From IMG/VR virus record IMGVR_UViG_3300047560_001714, positions 1 to 64,000 of that record: a stretch of 64,000 nucleotides of DNA. The stretch is one strand, 5' to 3'. Source of the stretch: a virus. The position numbers and the translations under genes are program-made. The notes below the pieces were generated by a model. The model saw only the letters and a program-made list of their open reading frames with translations. It was not told where the DNA came from and made no database searches. Of this stretch, positions 36,002 through 45,510 are shown piece after piece (within the stretch, counting starts at the first letter, position 1; each line of letters begins with the position of its first letter).

Positions 36002-36241
36002 GTGTCAGAAACCTTTATTATTTGGGGCAAAGATCAATGCCCAATGTGTGACCAAGCAAAGAATTTACTTAAATCAAAAGGTTTAAGTTATGAGGAACGT
36101 AACCTGTCAGCTGGCGTATGGACCAGAGAACAATTATTAGAAGCTGTCCCAGATGCGCGTTCCGTTCCACAAATTTTCGTTAACGAAACCCACCTAGGTG
36201 GGTTTTCAGAATTAAGACAATACTTACAAGAGGCTGTATAA
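36002..36241 (+). CDS. Glutaredoxin
   Basis: CPMC active site; ARSVPQIFV and HLGGF motifs; downstream of nrdAB. Confidence 0.92.
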   Translation: MSETFIIWGKDQCPMCDQAKNLLKSKGLSYEERNLSAGVWTREQLLEAVPDARSVPQIFVNETHLGGFSELRQYLQEAV

Positions 36242-36528
36242 TGTTAATCAATAAAGGTGCGTCAGTTGGTGACGTGGTAACTATGAAATTAGTGTCAGGT
36301 GAGGAATTACTTGGAACATTACGTGAGGAAACTGATTCATACGTCAAGGTTTCTAAACTAAAAGCGCTTACCTCGACCAAAGAAGGGCTTGGTATGATGC
36401 AATATGTTTTAACGGTTGATCCCGAACAAGACATCAAAGTAAATCGTGCAGTAATTATTATGATGGAACCAACTGATAAAGAGTTTGCGTCATCATATAC
36501 TAAAGCAACAACCGGATTGATACTATAA
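36241..36528 (+). CDS. Hypothetical protein (possible Sm-like fold)
   Basis: GDVVTMKLVSGEELLG pattern; overlap-coupled to neighbours. Confidence 0.6.
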   Translation: MLINKGASVGDVVTMKLVSGEELLGTLREETDSYVKVSKLKALTSTKEGLGMMQYVLTVDPEQDIKVNRAVIIMMEPTDKEFASSYTKATTGLIL

Positions 36529-36830
36529 TGGCGGAGGTTGCGCGTGGTAGTAGCACTGATACTGTAGCAACTGGCCACGGGTGTACAAGTACAACCAAAA
36601 CCGACAAATGCTCAACTAATGTTTTTGCCAATAGCAAAGGTATTTGTCGAAAAGGGGATGCAATTTTATCCCATACCAAACCATCTGGCAATAACTGTGT
36701 ATCTCACAGTGCAAATATATCCGGTGGGTCTAACAATGTGTTTGTAAATAATATAGCATTATCTAGAAAAGGCGATGCCGCTGATTTAGGGTCAATTTCG
36801 TCTGGTAGTGCTAATGTATTCGCAAACTAA
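36528..36830 (+). CDS. PAAR-like spike tip protein (T4 gp5.4-like)
   Basis: VARG..D...TGHGC, NVFANS...RKGD...H, GSNNVFVN...RKGD, SGSANVFAN. Confidence 0.88.
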   Translation: MAEVARGSSTDTVATGHGCTSTTKTDKCSTNVFANSKGICRKGDAILSHTKPSGNNCVSHSANISGGSNNVFVNNIALSRKGDAADLGSISSGSANVFAN

Positions 36831-36839
36831 ATATTTTTA

Positions 36840-36868
36840 TTGACATACTAATTATATATTAGTATAAT
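36840..36868 (+). promoter_or_regulatory. sigma70-type early promoter
   Basis: TTGACA-N17-TATAAT; late TAAATA at 36886-36891. Confidence 0.85.
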
Positions 36869-36874
36869 TACTAA

Positions 36875-37136
36875 TCATTGGATATTAAATATTTAATGAT
36901 ATAAACTGTTTCGTAAGAAACTAAGATAGATGGACTGAATAGAGGTATCGTTCAGTCCGCGAGTCTTGGCCAATGAAGGAACCCGAAGTCGGGAAGCCAT
37001 ACTCGCCTAAGCATTTAAGTGCAAGTTGAATGCTGATGGAGAAAACGCCACTAACGAAGGGTTAGCAACCTTGGCTGTTATCTCCCTTAATGTAATGTGT
37101 TGCTGTTTTAGAACACACCAAGTGAAAGGAGAAAAA
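36875..37136 (+). ncRNA. Candidate structured RNA / long 5' leader of the rlpA-like gene
   Basis: At least six helices visible (see finding); no convincing ORF; richer in G+C than its flanks. Confidence 0.55.
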
Positions 37137-37715
37137 ATGAAAAATTCACTTATACCACTGGTTATTTCAATCGGTGTTGCTTTACCGTCTGTTGCTTATA
37201 CGAACAATGTTTCTCCAAGCAAACAGATTGAAAATGTTGCACATAAAAAAAGTGCAACCACAAAAAAAGATGTTAAAGCGGTACATAAAAAATTCAAAGT
37301 ACCACATAAACATCATCGACATATCCACAATGCAGTTGTGTCAAAAAGAAAAACCCGCCATCAAGATAAAGTCGCAAGAAAACAACGTGGGCATTCCTTT
37401 AAAGTGGTTGATGCTATTATGGACCCATCTAGTTTATTAGTTGGCACCGCATCATATTATGGTGGTGCGTTCCAAGGTAAAAAAACTGCATCTGGCGAGC
37501 GATTCAATCAAAGAGTTTTGACTGCTGCACATAGAACTATTCCGTTAAACTCATTAGTCGAGGTTACTAATTTGAAAAATAATAAAAAGGTAATTGTTCG
37601 TATTAATGACAGAGGTCCTTGGATTAAAAATAGGATTATCGATTTGTCAAAAGCGTCAGCGGACAGATTAGGAATTGGTGGAATAGCACAAGTTTCATTA
37701 AGAGTTTTAGAATGA
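37137..37715 (+). CDS. RlpA-like septal lytic transglycosylase (double-psi beta-barrel)
   Basis: GTASYYG...TASGERFNQ..LTAAHRTIP...VEVTNLKN.K.VIVRINDRGPW...RIIDLS; signal peptide; start 37137 after AAGGAG. Confidence 0.9.
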   Translation: MKNSLIPLVISIGVALPSVAYTNNVSPSKQIENVAHKKSATTKKDVKAVHKKFKVPHKHHRHIHNAVVSKRKTRHQDKVARKQRGHSFKVVDAIMDPSSLLVGTASYYGGAFQGKKTASGERFNQRVLTAAHRTIPLNSLVEVTNLKNNKKVIVRINDRGPWIKNRIIDLSKASADRLGIGGIAQVSLRVLE

Positions 37716-38767
37716 ATAAATCACTAACTGGCGATTATATAACAGGATACTTAACATTAATAAGTGGATTGTCAATCTCATCAGTTGCTATATATTATTC
37801 GGTAATTGGGTTAGTCAGTATATTTTCATCCGCAGCTATGCCTATTATGATTATGGGCATAGTGTTGGAAATAAGTAAACTCATAGCCACAGTATGGCTT
37901 AAACGTCATTGGTCTGATGGGCCAGTGATGTTTAAGTCATTTTTTATTATAGCTGTTTTAATTTTTATGTTTATCACATCAATGGGGATTTTTGGGTTTT
38001 TATCACGGGCACATTCCGACCAAGCGGTTCCATTTGGTGACACCATAGAAAAAATTGAAATTATCGATGAAAAAATCAAGACACAACAAGAGAATATCAC
38101 TATAGCACGTAAAGCAATTTCCCAAATGAATGAGGCGGTCGATCAAACTATGGCTAGATCCACTTCAGAGGGCGGTGCTGCAAAAGCTATACAAATTCGG
38201 AAAGTTCAAGCAAAAGAACGTATCCAACTACAAAATGATATTACCACCGCACAAAATGAAATTTCAAACTTGCATACATTAAAAGAACCACTAGCGGCAG
38301 CAATGCGTCGAGCGGAAGCTGAGGTGGGTCCAATAAAATATATTGCGGCAATGATATATGGTGATACCTTAGATGCATCACTTTTGGAACATGCTGTTAG
38401 ATGGGTTATAATATTAATTGTTGTGGTATTTGACCCAATGGCTGTGATGTTGTTACTTGCGTGTCAACATACCTTTAATCAAATTCATATTAAGCAACAG
38501 GTGGAAATTCCGACAGTCGAATTACCCAGTATAAAAGCGAAACCTATTGTAAAAGAACCTATTGTACACGAATCAATTGTACAAGAACCAATTACTGAAA
38601 ATGATAGTATTTCTAATGTTTTTATTGACGAAATAGTAAATACAGGTGATGCGTTTCCAATCTCAGCAGAGATTGGCCAAGAGTTTACCAGAATAGATTA
38701 CAATCCACCACGCTCGTTCATATTCAATGGCGATCAATGGGTTGACGCAGAAAATTACAAAGTATAG
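37712..38767 (+). CDS. Membrane protein with long coiled-coil
   Basis: Three N-terminal TM segments, a coil, then a further TM (WVIILIVVVFDP). Confidence 0.7.
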   Translation: MNKSLTGDYITGYLTLISGLSISSVAIYYSVIGLVSIFSSAAMPIMIMGIVLEISKLIATVWLKRHWSDGPVMFKSFFIIAVLIFMFITSMGIFGFLSRAHSDQAVPFGDTIEKIEIIDEKIKTQQENITIARKAISQMNEAVDQTMARSTSEGGAAKAIQIRKVQAKERIQLQNDITTAQNEISNLHTLKEPLAAAMRRAEAEVGPIKYIAAMIYGDTLDASLLEHAVRWVIILIVVVFDPMAVMLLLACQHTFNQIHIKQQVEIPTVELPSIKAKPIVKEPIVHESIVQEPITENDSISNVFIDEIVNTGDAFPISAEIGQEFTRIDYNPPRSFIFNGDQWVDAENYKV

Positions 38768-38775
38768 AAGGGTTT

Positions 38776-39195
38776 ATGAACTTAGGAAATATCACAATTT
38801 TAACACCACCAGATAAAATATTTAATTTAAATATAAGTTACTTACTGGTAAGTCCATCGATGACTGTTAAACAACAATTCCAAACAATTCTGAGTAAAAT
38901 TCCAGATGCAATAAATGTGTTTATGTACGAATCGGACGAAACAGATATTGATTGGTTGTTAAGTGTCGGAATGATGGCTGATGTTGTTATTATTGACATA
39001 GATAATTGTAACCAAATTACAAAAACATTTATTTCAGTGTTGTTAGCACAACCAAATGTTCATTACATTACAACAGATGAAATAACCCCATACGGTCTAG
39101 TATCCAAGAATAGAATATATAACTTGGACTGGATAGTTGAAAATATAGACGATATTATAGATGAGGATAACGATGATAATCAATCAGAAGACTAG
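38776..39195 (+). CDS. Hypothetical protein
   Basis: 139-aa ORF in operon order. Confidence 0.65.
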   Translation: MNLGNITILTPPDKIFNLNISYLLVSPSMTVKQQFQTILSKIPDAINVFMYESDETDIDWLLSVGMMADVVIIDIDNCNQITKTFISVLLAQPNVHYITTDEITPYGLVSKNRIYNLDWIVENIDDIIDEDNDDNQSED

Positions 39196-39403
39196 AACAG
39201 GTGTGTTAGTACGTGAAAGTGATAACATTAACCAATCACTTAGAAAATTCAAAAAGAAAGTTGAGGAATCTGGTAAATTAGATGACTTGCGAAAAAATGA
39301 ATTTTACGAAAAGCCAACCACCACTCGTAAACGTGCCAAAGGCGCGGCTCGTGCTAGACTTAAGAAAAAACTTCTGAAAGAAGCCCTTCCAAAAAAACAT
39401 TGA
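39173..39403 (+). CDS. rpsU: 30S ribosomal protein bS21
   Basis: V.VRESDNINQSLRKFKKKV...G.L..LRKNEFYEKPTT.RKR motif; ATG 39173 has GAGGA RBS. Confidence 0.9.
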   Translation: MIINQKTRTGVLVRESDNINQSLRKFKKKVEESGKLDDLRKNEFYEKPTTTRKRAKGAARARLKKKLLKEALPKKH

Positions 39404-39428
39404 CATATTACATACCCTCTGATAGAAT
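39400..39428 (+). promoter_or_regulatory. sigma70-type early promoter
   Basis: TTGACA-N17-TAGAAT, overlapped by inverted repeat ATACCCTCT...AGAGGGTAT. Confidence 0.8.
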
Positions 39429-39458
39429 ATATTTTTTATATTCATAGAGGGTATTTTT

Positions 39459-39746
39459 ATGGCAACATTAAGCAGTTTTTCCTATACACTAGTTCTAATC
39501 ATCAACAATGTTCAAGGTTCTCCAATATATGCGGAGACTTTAAAAGTATGTGAAACTAACGCAAAAATAATTGTTGAGGCGTTAAAAAAAGATGGTAATC
39601 AACATAGTACTATTAAAACTGTTTGTTTGCCATTGTTTGAAGCAAAGAGCAGAGAACAACAACCGACCACTGCACCAAAAGAAATTAACATATCAAAACA
39701 GCCAATTGTCGCGTTACTATCCAAACCAAACACAATGGTGAAATGA
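39459..39746 (+). CDS. Hypothetical, possibly exported protein
   Basis: ORF after promoter; two Cys residues. Confidence 0.55.
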   Translation: MATLSSFSYTLVLIINNVQGSPIYAETLKVCETNAKIIVEALKKDGNQHSTIKTVCLPLFEAKSREQQPTTAPKEINISKQPIVALLSKPNTMVK

Positions 39747-39928
39747 TGTTCATCGCTTTCGTATGGTTGACAATAGGGTTTTGTATCTTATTAAGTGGAT
39801 TGGTTTGCTTGGTCATTGACTATAATAAAAAAATATCATTCCAATTAATACATGCGGGAATCGTGTCAATGATTCTTAGTATTATATACCATTTCTATAT
39901 AGGAGAATACCAAGTATGGATGACATAA
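39743..39928 (+). CDS. Small two-TM membrane protein
   Basis: Hydrophobic 61-aa ORF, overlap-coupled. Confidence 0.55.
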   Translation: MMFIAFVWLTIGFCILLSGLVCLVIDYNKKISFQLIHAGIVSMILSIIYHFYIGEYQVWMT

Positions 39929-40476
39929 TGATAGATTTAGAAACATTATCCACTGCTACCAATGCGGCAATATTAACAATCGGGGCGGTTAGATTTAATC
40001 CATATGGTGATGAAACAACAACTCCCGAAATGATCGAATTCTATTATAAAATAGATTTAGATTCGTGCGAAGAATTAGATTTAGATATTGACGAAAATAC
40101 CATCAACTGGTGGGCACGTCAATGCACCGAAGCCAAAGATGAGGCATTCAGTGAGCATAACCGGATTAAACTAGAAGAAGTGTTCAAAGAATTATCGAAA
40201 TTCTGCAAAGGTGCAAAACGAATCTGGTCAAATGGTGCTGGGTTCGATGTTGTAATATGTGAAACAATATTCAAGCGGCTATGCCTTCCAATTCCTTGGA
40301 AATTTTGGAACATTCGTGATTGTAGAACATATTATGATCTAGGAATCGATCCAAAAATGCCAAGTATCACGGCACATAACGCACTTGCTGATGCTAAGGC
40401 ACAAGCAATTGCAATTCAGAATGTCTCGCGTATAATGAAATACGCAAGTTTTAAACCATTACAAAAAAATTCATAA
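39916..40476 (+). CDS. DEDDh 3'-5' exoribonuclease (RNase AS/DUF5051-like)
   Basis: IMIDLETL, IWSNGAGFD, FWNIRDCRT and HNALADA motifs. Confidence 0.85.
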   Translation: MDDIMIDLETLSTATNAAILTIGAVRFNPYGDETTTPEMIEFYYKIDLDSCEELDLDIDENTINWWARQCTEAKDEAFSEHNRIKLEEVFKELSKFCKGAKRIWSNGAGFDVVICETIFKRLCLPIPWKFWNIRDCRTYYDLGIDPKMPSITAHNALADAKAQAIAIQNVSRIMKYASFKPLQKNS

Positions 40477-40481
40477 AGTTG

Positions 40482-40509
40482 TTGCATTTTTTACAACAAC
40501 TGGTATAAT
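40482..40509 (+). promoter_or_regulatory. sigma70-type promoter with downstream hairpin CCGTGGA...TCCACGG
   Basis: TTGCAT-N16-TATAAT. Confidence 0.65.
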
Positions 40510-40562
40510 TTAACCCGTGGAGGATAGACTTCCACGGTTTCTTAACTAAAAGGGGTTCTTTT

Positions 40563-41603
40563 ATGAAAAAATTAAAAACAATCGTCTACATCGGTAGATT
40601 TAGCCCATTTCATAATGGTCACGCAAATACCATTATAGAGGCAATGGAACAATGCGAACAACTAATCATAATCATCGGTTCATCTGATGCGCCACGATCA
40701 TTCAAGAATCCGTGGACATACGAAGAAAGATGGCAAATGATTAGAACTGCAATAACCGATGATCTTGATCTAAGATTTGAAAACATCATTATCAAACGTG
40801 CGGTTGATTACAAATACAACGATACTCGATGGGCAACCCAAATCCAAGATATTGTGTCACAGTTTAATTCCGATGACAAATCAATCGGTATCATTGGGTA
40901 TGAAAAAGACGAATCATCTTTCTACATTAAGATGTTTCCACAATGGAAACGTGTCAATGTTCCAGCATTCGAATCCAACGGGAAAGTAATTAATGGCACC
41001 GATATCAGACAAGTTGTCGAAGAAGGTTGGGATTTTAAAAAAATAGTTGACATTGTTCCATATTCCGTGTATTCTTTCCTTCAACAATACAGTACTTGGC
41101 CTGCAAGAGATAACCTAAAAAAAGAACGGGCTTTTATTAACCTGTATAAAGAACAGTTTAGCAAATGTCCATATCCACCAGTATTTGTCACCGCTGATGC
41201 GATGGTGATTCAAAGCGGTCATGTTCTGATGGTTAAACGAAAAGATTATCCAGGTAAGGGTCTTTGGGCATTACCAGGCGGGTTCTTGAATGCAGGTACC
41301 GATAAAAGTATCGTGGATTGCATGATACGGGAACTAAAAGAGGAAACAAAAATTAAATTACCAGAGGCGGTTTTACGTGGTAATATAATTGACGAACATG
41401 TGTTTGACGCAATCGATAGGTCCGCACGTGGCAGAACTATAACACACGCGTTCTATATCGATTTACCAAACTCAGGCGATTTTCCAAAAATCAAGGGGTC
41501 TGATGATGCTGAAAAAGCTAAATTTATCCCATTACGCGAAGTGGCTAGAAATAAATGTTTTGAGGACCACTTTGATATTATCTCATATTTTACAGGTATC
41601 TAA
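40563..41603 (+). CDS. Bifunctional NMN adenylyltransferase / Nudix ADP-ribose pyrophosphatase (NadM-Nudix, NatV-like)
   Basis: IGRFSPFHNGH (HxGH) and KNPWTYEER; Nudix box GGFL...CMIRELKEETK; R.ARGRTITHA. Confidence 0.92.
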   Translation: MKKLKTIVYIGRFSPFHNGHANTIIEAMEQCEQLIIIIGSSDAPRSFKNPWTYEERWQMIRTAITDDLDLRFENIIIKRAVDYKYNDTRWATQIQDIVSQFNSDDKSIGIIGYEKDESSFYIKMFPQWKRVNVPAFESNGKVINGTDIRQVVEEGWDFKKIVDIVPYSVYSFLQQYSTWPARDNLKKERAFINLYKEQFSKCPYPPVFVTADAMVIQSGHVLMVKRKDYPGKGLWALPGGFLNAGTDKSIVDCMIRELKEETKIKLPEAVLRGNIIDEHVFDAIDRSARGRTITHAFYIDLPNSGDFPKIKGSDDAEKAKFIPLREVARNKCFEDHFDIISYFTGI

Positions 41604-41605
41604 TT

Positions 41606-41836
41606 ATGGATTTACCCATTGTACTAGCATTATCAATCGCTGCAGTCAGTGCGGTTGGAGTATTGCTGTATCGTTCTAAAATGTTTCACCAAAATCTTTA
41701 CGAAGCAATCATAGTATTATTGTTGCTTATAGCAATAGATTATCTAAGTTACACTAGAACTAGACTTTCTATTGAACAAGCGTTTGCCGATGTAACTATT
41801 TGCGAGAAAAAAGCAGATAACGGTATTAACGCTTAA
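41606..41836 (+). CDS. Small membrane protein
   Basis: Two hydrophobic segments. Confidence 0.55.
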   Translation: MDLPIVLALSIAAVSAVGVLLYRSKMFHQNLYEAIIVLLLLIAIDYLSYTRTRLSIEQAFADVTICEKKADNGINA

Positions 41837-41869
41837 TAAAAATCCCGGCAATATTTTTTTGCCGGGTAC

Positions 41870-41898
41870 TTGACAACCTAGTTTGGTTGTTGTAGAAT
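41870..41898 (+). promoter_or_regulatory. sigma70-type early promoter preceded by a terminator-like hairpin (CCCGGCAA...TTGCCGGG)
   Basis: TTGACA-N17-TAGAAT. Confidence 0.8.
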
Positions 41899-41946
41899 AG
41901 ACACACTTGAAAATGATTTTCAATTACACACATAAAAGGATTTATA

Positions 41947-44900
41947 ATGTCGATTTCGATAAACGGCAAGAATGCCGAAATACACGTATTTTCAACCCAC
42001 AACTTTTCAGGAAAATTAAACGCTAACCAAGTATTGTTGTATCTTACACCATTCAAGCTTGGGAAAGTATCAAGAAATTCATCAGCTGGTTTAACACCAG
42101 ATCGTGCTTTTAGGGAACGTTATAAAAATCAACGTTCATCAATGGCTGGAAATATGATAGCATCAGATTTCTTTGTCGTTGATAAGAATAAAGGTGAAGA
42201 ATATGATTATGATGAAGCATTTCGCAAATATATTCATATATTATTTAAAGCTGGATTAATTCCTTTCGATGCATTGTACAAAGGATATCAAAAACCTGGG
42301 CAAAATGCCGAAGCATTAATTAATTTTGACAGAGACAGCGACCTCGAAACACTTAAAGAAGTGCTCAGAAATTTCTGTGGACTTTCTGATTCGTTCAACT
42401 CAAAAGAAAGTATTAGCTGGAGATATAAACAGTTTGAGGATGCTATCGAAATTGTGGAAAAATTAGAAACACATTCTATTTGTTTATACGCAGCACATAC
42501 CGCGAGAGGGAAAACTAAAATTGCATCTGAAGTTGCCGCTAGATTATTACCAACTGGTGGTATTGTTTTAGTAACAACGCCTATCACTGATACCAAAAAA
42601 TCGTTTGAGGATAATATCAAAAACTATCATTTTGGTCCAAATAGAGATATGTCAGCAATATATCTCGATAATGCGGAATTCAATAAGTATTCTATTTCGG
42701 AATTACGTGATAAAGCAAATAATGGCGAATTAGTGTATGTTGTTCTAACAGTACAAGATGCTCGATATAACGATTCATATGATTTATCGGATGATGTGCT
42801 TCGTGAAAAATATGCGGAACTTTCTGATAACATTGATTTGTGGATTCGAGATGAACGCCATTTTCAATACAATGGTGATAAAACTAGTAAACGTCTAGCA
42901 AACATTGATGCACGATATATTCTTGACTTAACAGCAACACCATATAACGTATTAGATAAATATTCAGCAGATCAAATTATCGCTAGAACGTTACCTTGGG
43001 GATTACAACATAAAAATCATACAAAATTGCCAAATATTGCAATTAACGCAATTAACACACCATTTTGTAATGTAAATAATAATATTTCACATTTGTTTTC
43101 GACAGAGGAAGGGTTTACACCAATTAAACTATTCTTACGTCAAAATAATCAATTTTTGATGCAATCTGATATCGTTGAAACCTTTGATAGATTTTATCAT
43201 AGCCCAATAAGCCGTAATAAAAATCCATTAAGTATTATCAATGATCCAGAATTAAGTATGGTTTCAAAAAACTGTGGACTTGTTGTATTACCAGCTGGTC
43301 AAGGAAATGATAGTGCTAACAGTTATATTCCGGCGTTAGCAAAAATGTTAAACGCATCATCCAAAACATTTTTCATTGATAGTTATTCATTAGAAAAAAT
43401 GTGCCCAGATGATACCAGCATTGGCGATTATGTTGATACCTTAATTAGTAAACACGGTCGTGTGATTATTCTAACTTGTGGTAAATTTCTCACCGGTACC
43501 GATATTCCAGCTCTTGGACATATTGTACTGTTTGATAAAATGGATAGTATTTCTAGTTTTGAGCAATTACTAGGTAGAATGATTCGAAACTATGATGGAA
43601 AAGATGATGTAAAATTATATGCACTTTCACCAGGGGCATCATTACAAATAGTATTAGGTCGGTTAGCTAAGTCAAATGCTATATTAAATGAAGGCACCGA
43701 ATATGACTTTTTAGACTGCATTCCGTTAAGTGAATATGTGGCCGATAAATATGTTGTTGTTGATCCAGACACTATTATGGACTCGACCCGTGCTTGGTGT
43801 AAAGACCAAGTTAGTGTTACTTTATCAACGACACAATTGCAGTCAGCGTTAAAAAACATTGATCTTAGTTTTTTTCGTTATTCAAACTTACAGTCAGGAA
43901 TACAATCAACTGAAACCACGCTTACTGATGTGACTGGGGCGGTTGATAAAGTTCAAACCAAACCTGACCGTAAAGAATCATCGGATGACAAAATATCAAA
44001 CAATGATCTCGAAAAAGCAATTACTTTAATAAAAGCGATCTCATTAGAAGCATCTTGGGTCGCATATAGTATGAACAATTACAACTTTGAGGATGTATAT
44101 ACATCTGATGCAATCACTGGTATGTTTGGTTCCGATATCATTCAGCATTTACTTATCGTTATAAGTAATAGTGAAAAATTAGAACAACTTATCAGATCAG
44201 ATTTACTAAAAAAGCAGCAAGCATTTGCTGCGTTACCACCTAGAGAGGTTTATTCAGACCTTTTTAAAAATTCAGCAATGAAACAAAAACTAGGGTTAGT
44301 TTATGTCGATTTCGAGGTGGCCGATAAGTTAGTATCAGAAATCCCATTTGTTGACACGGATGAGTCGATAACTGTGGATCTGGTCGTATTTAATGCGTTA
44401 AATGGGACAATCCCACTGGCGATTAAAGATCGATACAGTAATGTTAATGTAACTTGTGTTGAAACATTCCCATATTTCAACGCACATTTATCACAACTCG
44501 GATTTAATGTAATTCCGTGGGATGATTTTATAACTATGAACAAGGAGGTTCATTTGAGTAAGTTTTCAGTATACGTGGGGAATCCACCATATCAACAACA
44601 AGATGGTGGGAATGGCTCTAGTGCTAAACCTATATATCAATTATTTGTAAATAAAGCAATCGAGGATGATCCCGAACACATCTTAATGATTACTCCGTCG
44701 AGATGGATGACTGGTGGTAAAGGATTAGATAAGTTTCGCGCACAAATGTTAGCCGATACTAGAATAAATGTGATTCATGATTACCATAGTTCAAAGGAAC
44801 TATTCCCAAATGTCGAAATCAAAGGTGGCGTTTGCTATTTTAGATGGGATCGAGATGGGTCAGGTGATTGCCAAATATTCCAACACTATTCAAATGGTGT

Positions 44901-45510
44901 TGTTTCTGAGGCAACCCGGCCATTAAAAGAACCCGGTAACAAGGTGTTTATTAGAAATAATGATGCAATTCAAATTTTGAAGAAAGTGCAAGCACTGAAA
45001 GAACAGTCAATGTTTGAAACAGTACACCCACGTAACCCATTTGGGCTTGTGAGTAATTTTACAAACTTTCACGAAAATGAATTTCCAAATTCAGTTAAAA
45101 CATACGCAAGACATAAAATCAGATATACCGATTATGCTGTGATTCCTAAAAATCACGAGTTAATTGAAAAGCATAAGGTTTTAGTTCCAAATGCCACTGG
45201 TTCTGGCGATGGTCTCAAAGACGTACTCAAACCAATATATGGCGAACCAGGGTCTTGCTGTACTGAAACATATATTGTAACTGGTGCATTTGATACCGAG
45301 GATGAAGCAAGAAATCTTATTTCGTATATCAATACTAAATTCTTTCATTTCATGCTTACCTTGAAAAAGAATACCCACGTAACATCTAGAAAAGAATATA
45401 TGTTTATTCCTGTTCAAGATTTTACAAAACCTTGGACCGACGAGGAATTGTTCAATAAATACGGACTAACTGATGATGAGGTCGCAAACTTGTTAGGGTC
45501 GGTAAGATGA
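41947..45510 (+). CDS. SF2 helicase fused to Eco57I-like N6-adenine methyltransferase/TRD (restriction-modification-like)
   Basis: Walker A-like HTARGKT, DERH, LTATP and QLLGRMIR; C-terminal VGNPPY, ITPSRW and ELFPNVEIKGGVCYF. Confidence 0.8.
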   Translation: MSISINGKNAEIHVFSTHNFSGKLNANQVLLYLTPFKLGKVSRNSSAGLTPDRAFRERYKNQRSSMAGNMIASDFFVVDKNKGEEYDYDEAFRKYIHILFKAGLIPFDALYKGYQKPGQNAEALINFDRDSDLETLKEVLRNFCGLSDSFNSKESISWRYKQFEDAIEIVEKLETHSICLYAAHTARGKTKIASEVAARLLPTGGIVLVTTPITDTKKSFEDNIKNYHFGPNRDMSAIYLDNAEFNKYSISELRDKANNGELVYVVLTVQDARYNDSYDLSDDVLREKYAELSDNIDLWIRDERHFQYNGDKTSKRLANIDARYILDLTATPYNVLDKYSADQIIARTLPWGLQHKNHTKLPNIAINAINTPFCNVNNNISHLFSTEEGFTPIKLFLRQNNQFLMQSDIVETFDRFYHSPISRNKNPLSIINDPELSMVSKNCGLVVLPAGQGNDSANSYIPALAKMLNASSKTFFIDSYSLEKMCPDDTSIGDYVDTLISKHGRVIILTCGKFLTGTDIPALGHIVLFDKMDSISSFEQLLGRMIRNYDGKDDVKLYALSPGASLQIVLGRLAKSNAILNEGTEYDFLDCIPLSEYVADKYVVVDPDTIMDSTRAWCKDQVSVTLSTTQLQSALKNIDLSFFRYSNLQSGIQSTETTLTDVTGAVDKVQTKPDRKESSDDKISNNDLEKAITLIKAISLEASWVAYSMNNYNFEDVYTSDAITGMFGSDIIQHLLIVISNSEKLEQLIRSDLLKKQQAFAALPPREVYSDLFKNSAMKQKLGLVYVDFEVADKLVSEIPFVDTDESITVDLVVFNALNGTIPLAIKDRYSNVNVTCVETFPYFNAHLSQLGFNVIPWDDFITMNKEVHLSKFSVYVGNPPYQQQDGGNGSSAKPIYQLFVNKAIEDDPEHILMITPSRWMTGGKGLDKFRAQMLADTRINVIHDYHSSKELFPNVEIKGGVCYFRWDRDGSGDCQIFQHYSNGVVSEATRPLKEPGNKVFIRNNDAIQILKKVQALKEQSMFETVHPRNPFGLVSNFTNFHENEFPNSVKTYARHKIRYTDYAVIPKNHELIEKHKVLVPNATGSGDGLKDVLKPIYGEPGSCCTETYIVTGAFDTEDEARNLISYINTKFFHFMLTLKKNTHVTSRKEYMFIPVQDFTKPWTDEELFNKYGLTDDEVANLLGSVR

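Noticed and set aside
37026-37136. Coding interpretation of the rlpA leader
   Set aside because: TTG start without RBS; a strong AAGGAG precedes ATG 37137, which begins a signal peptide
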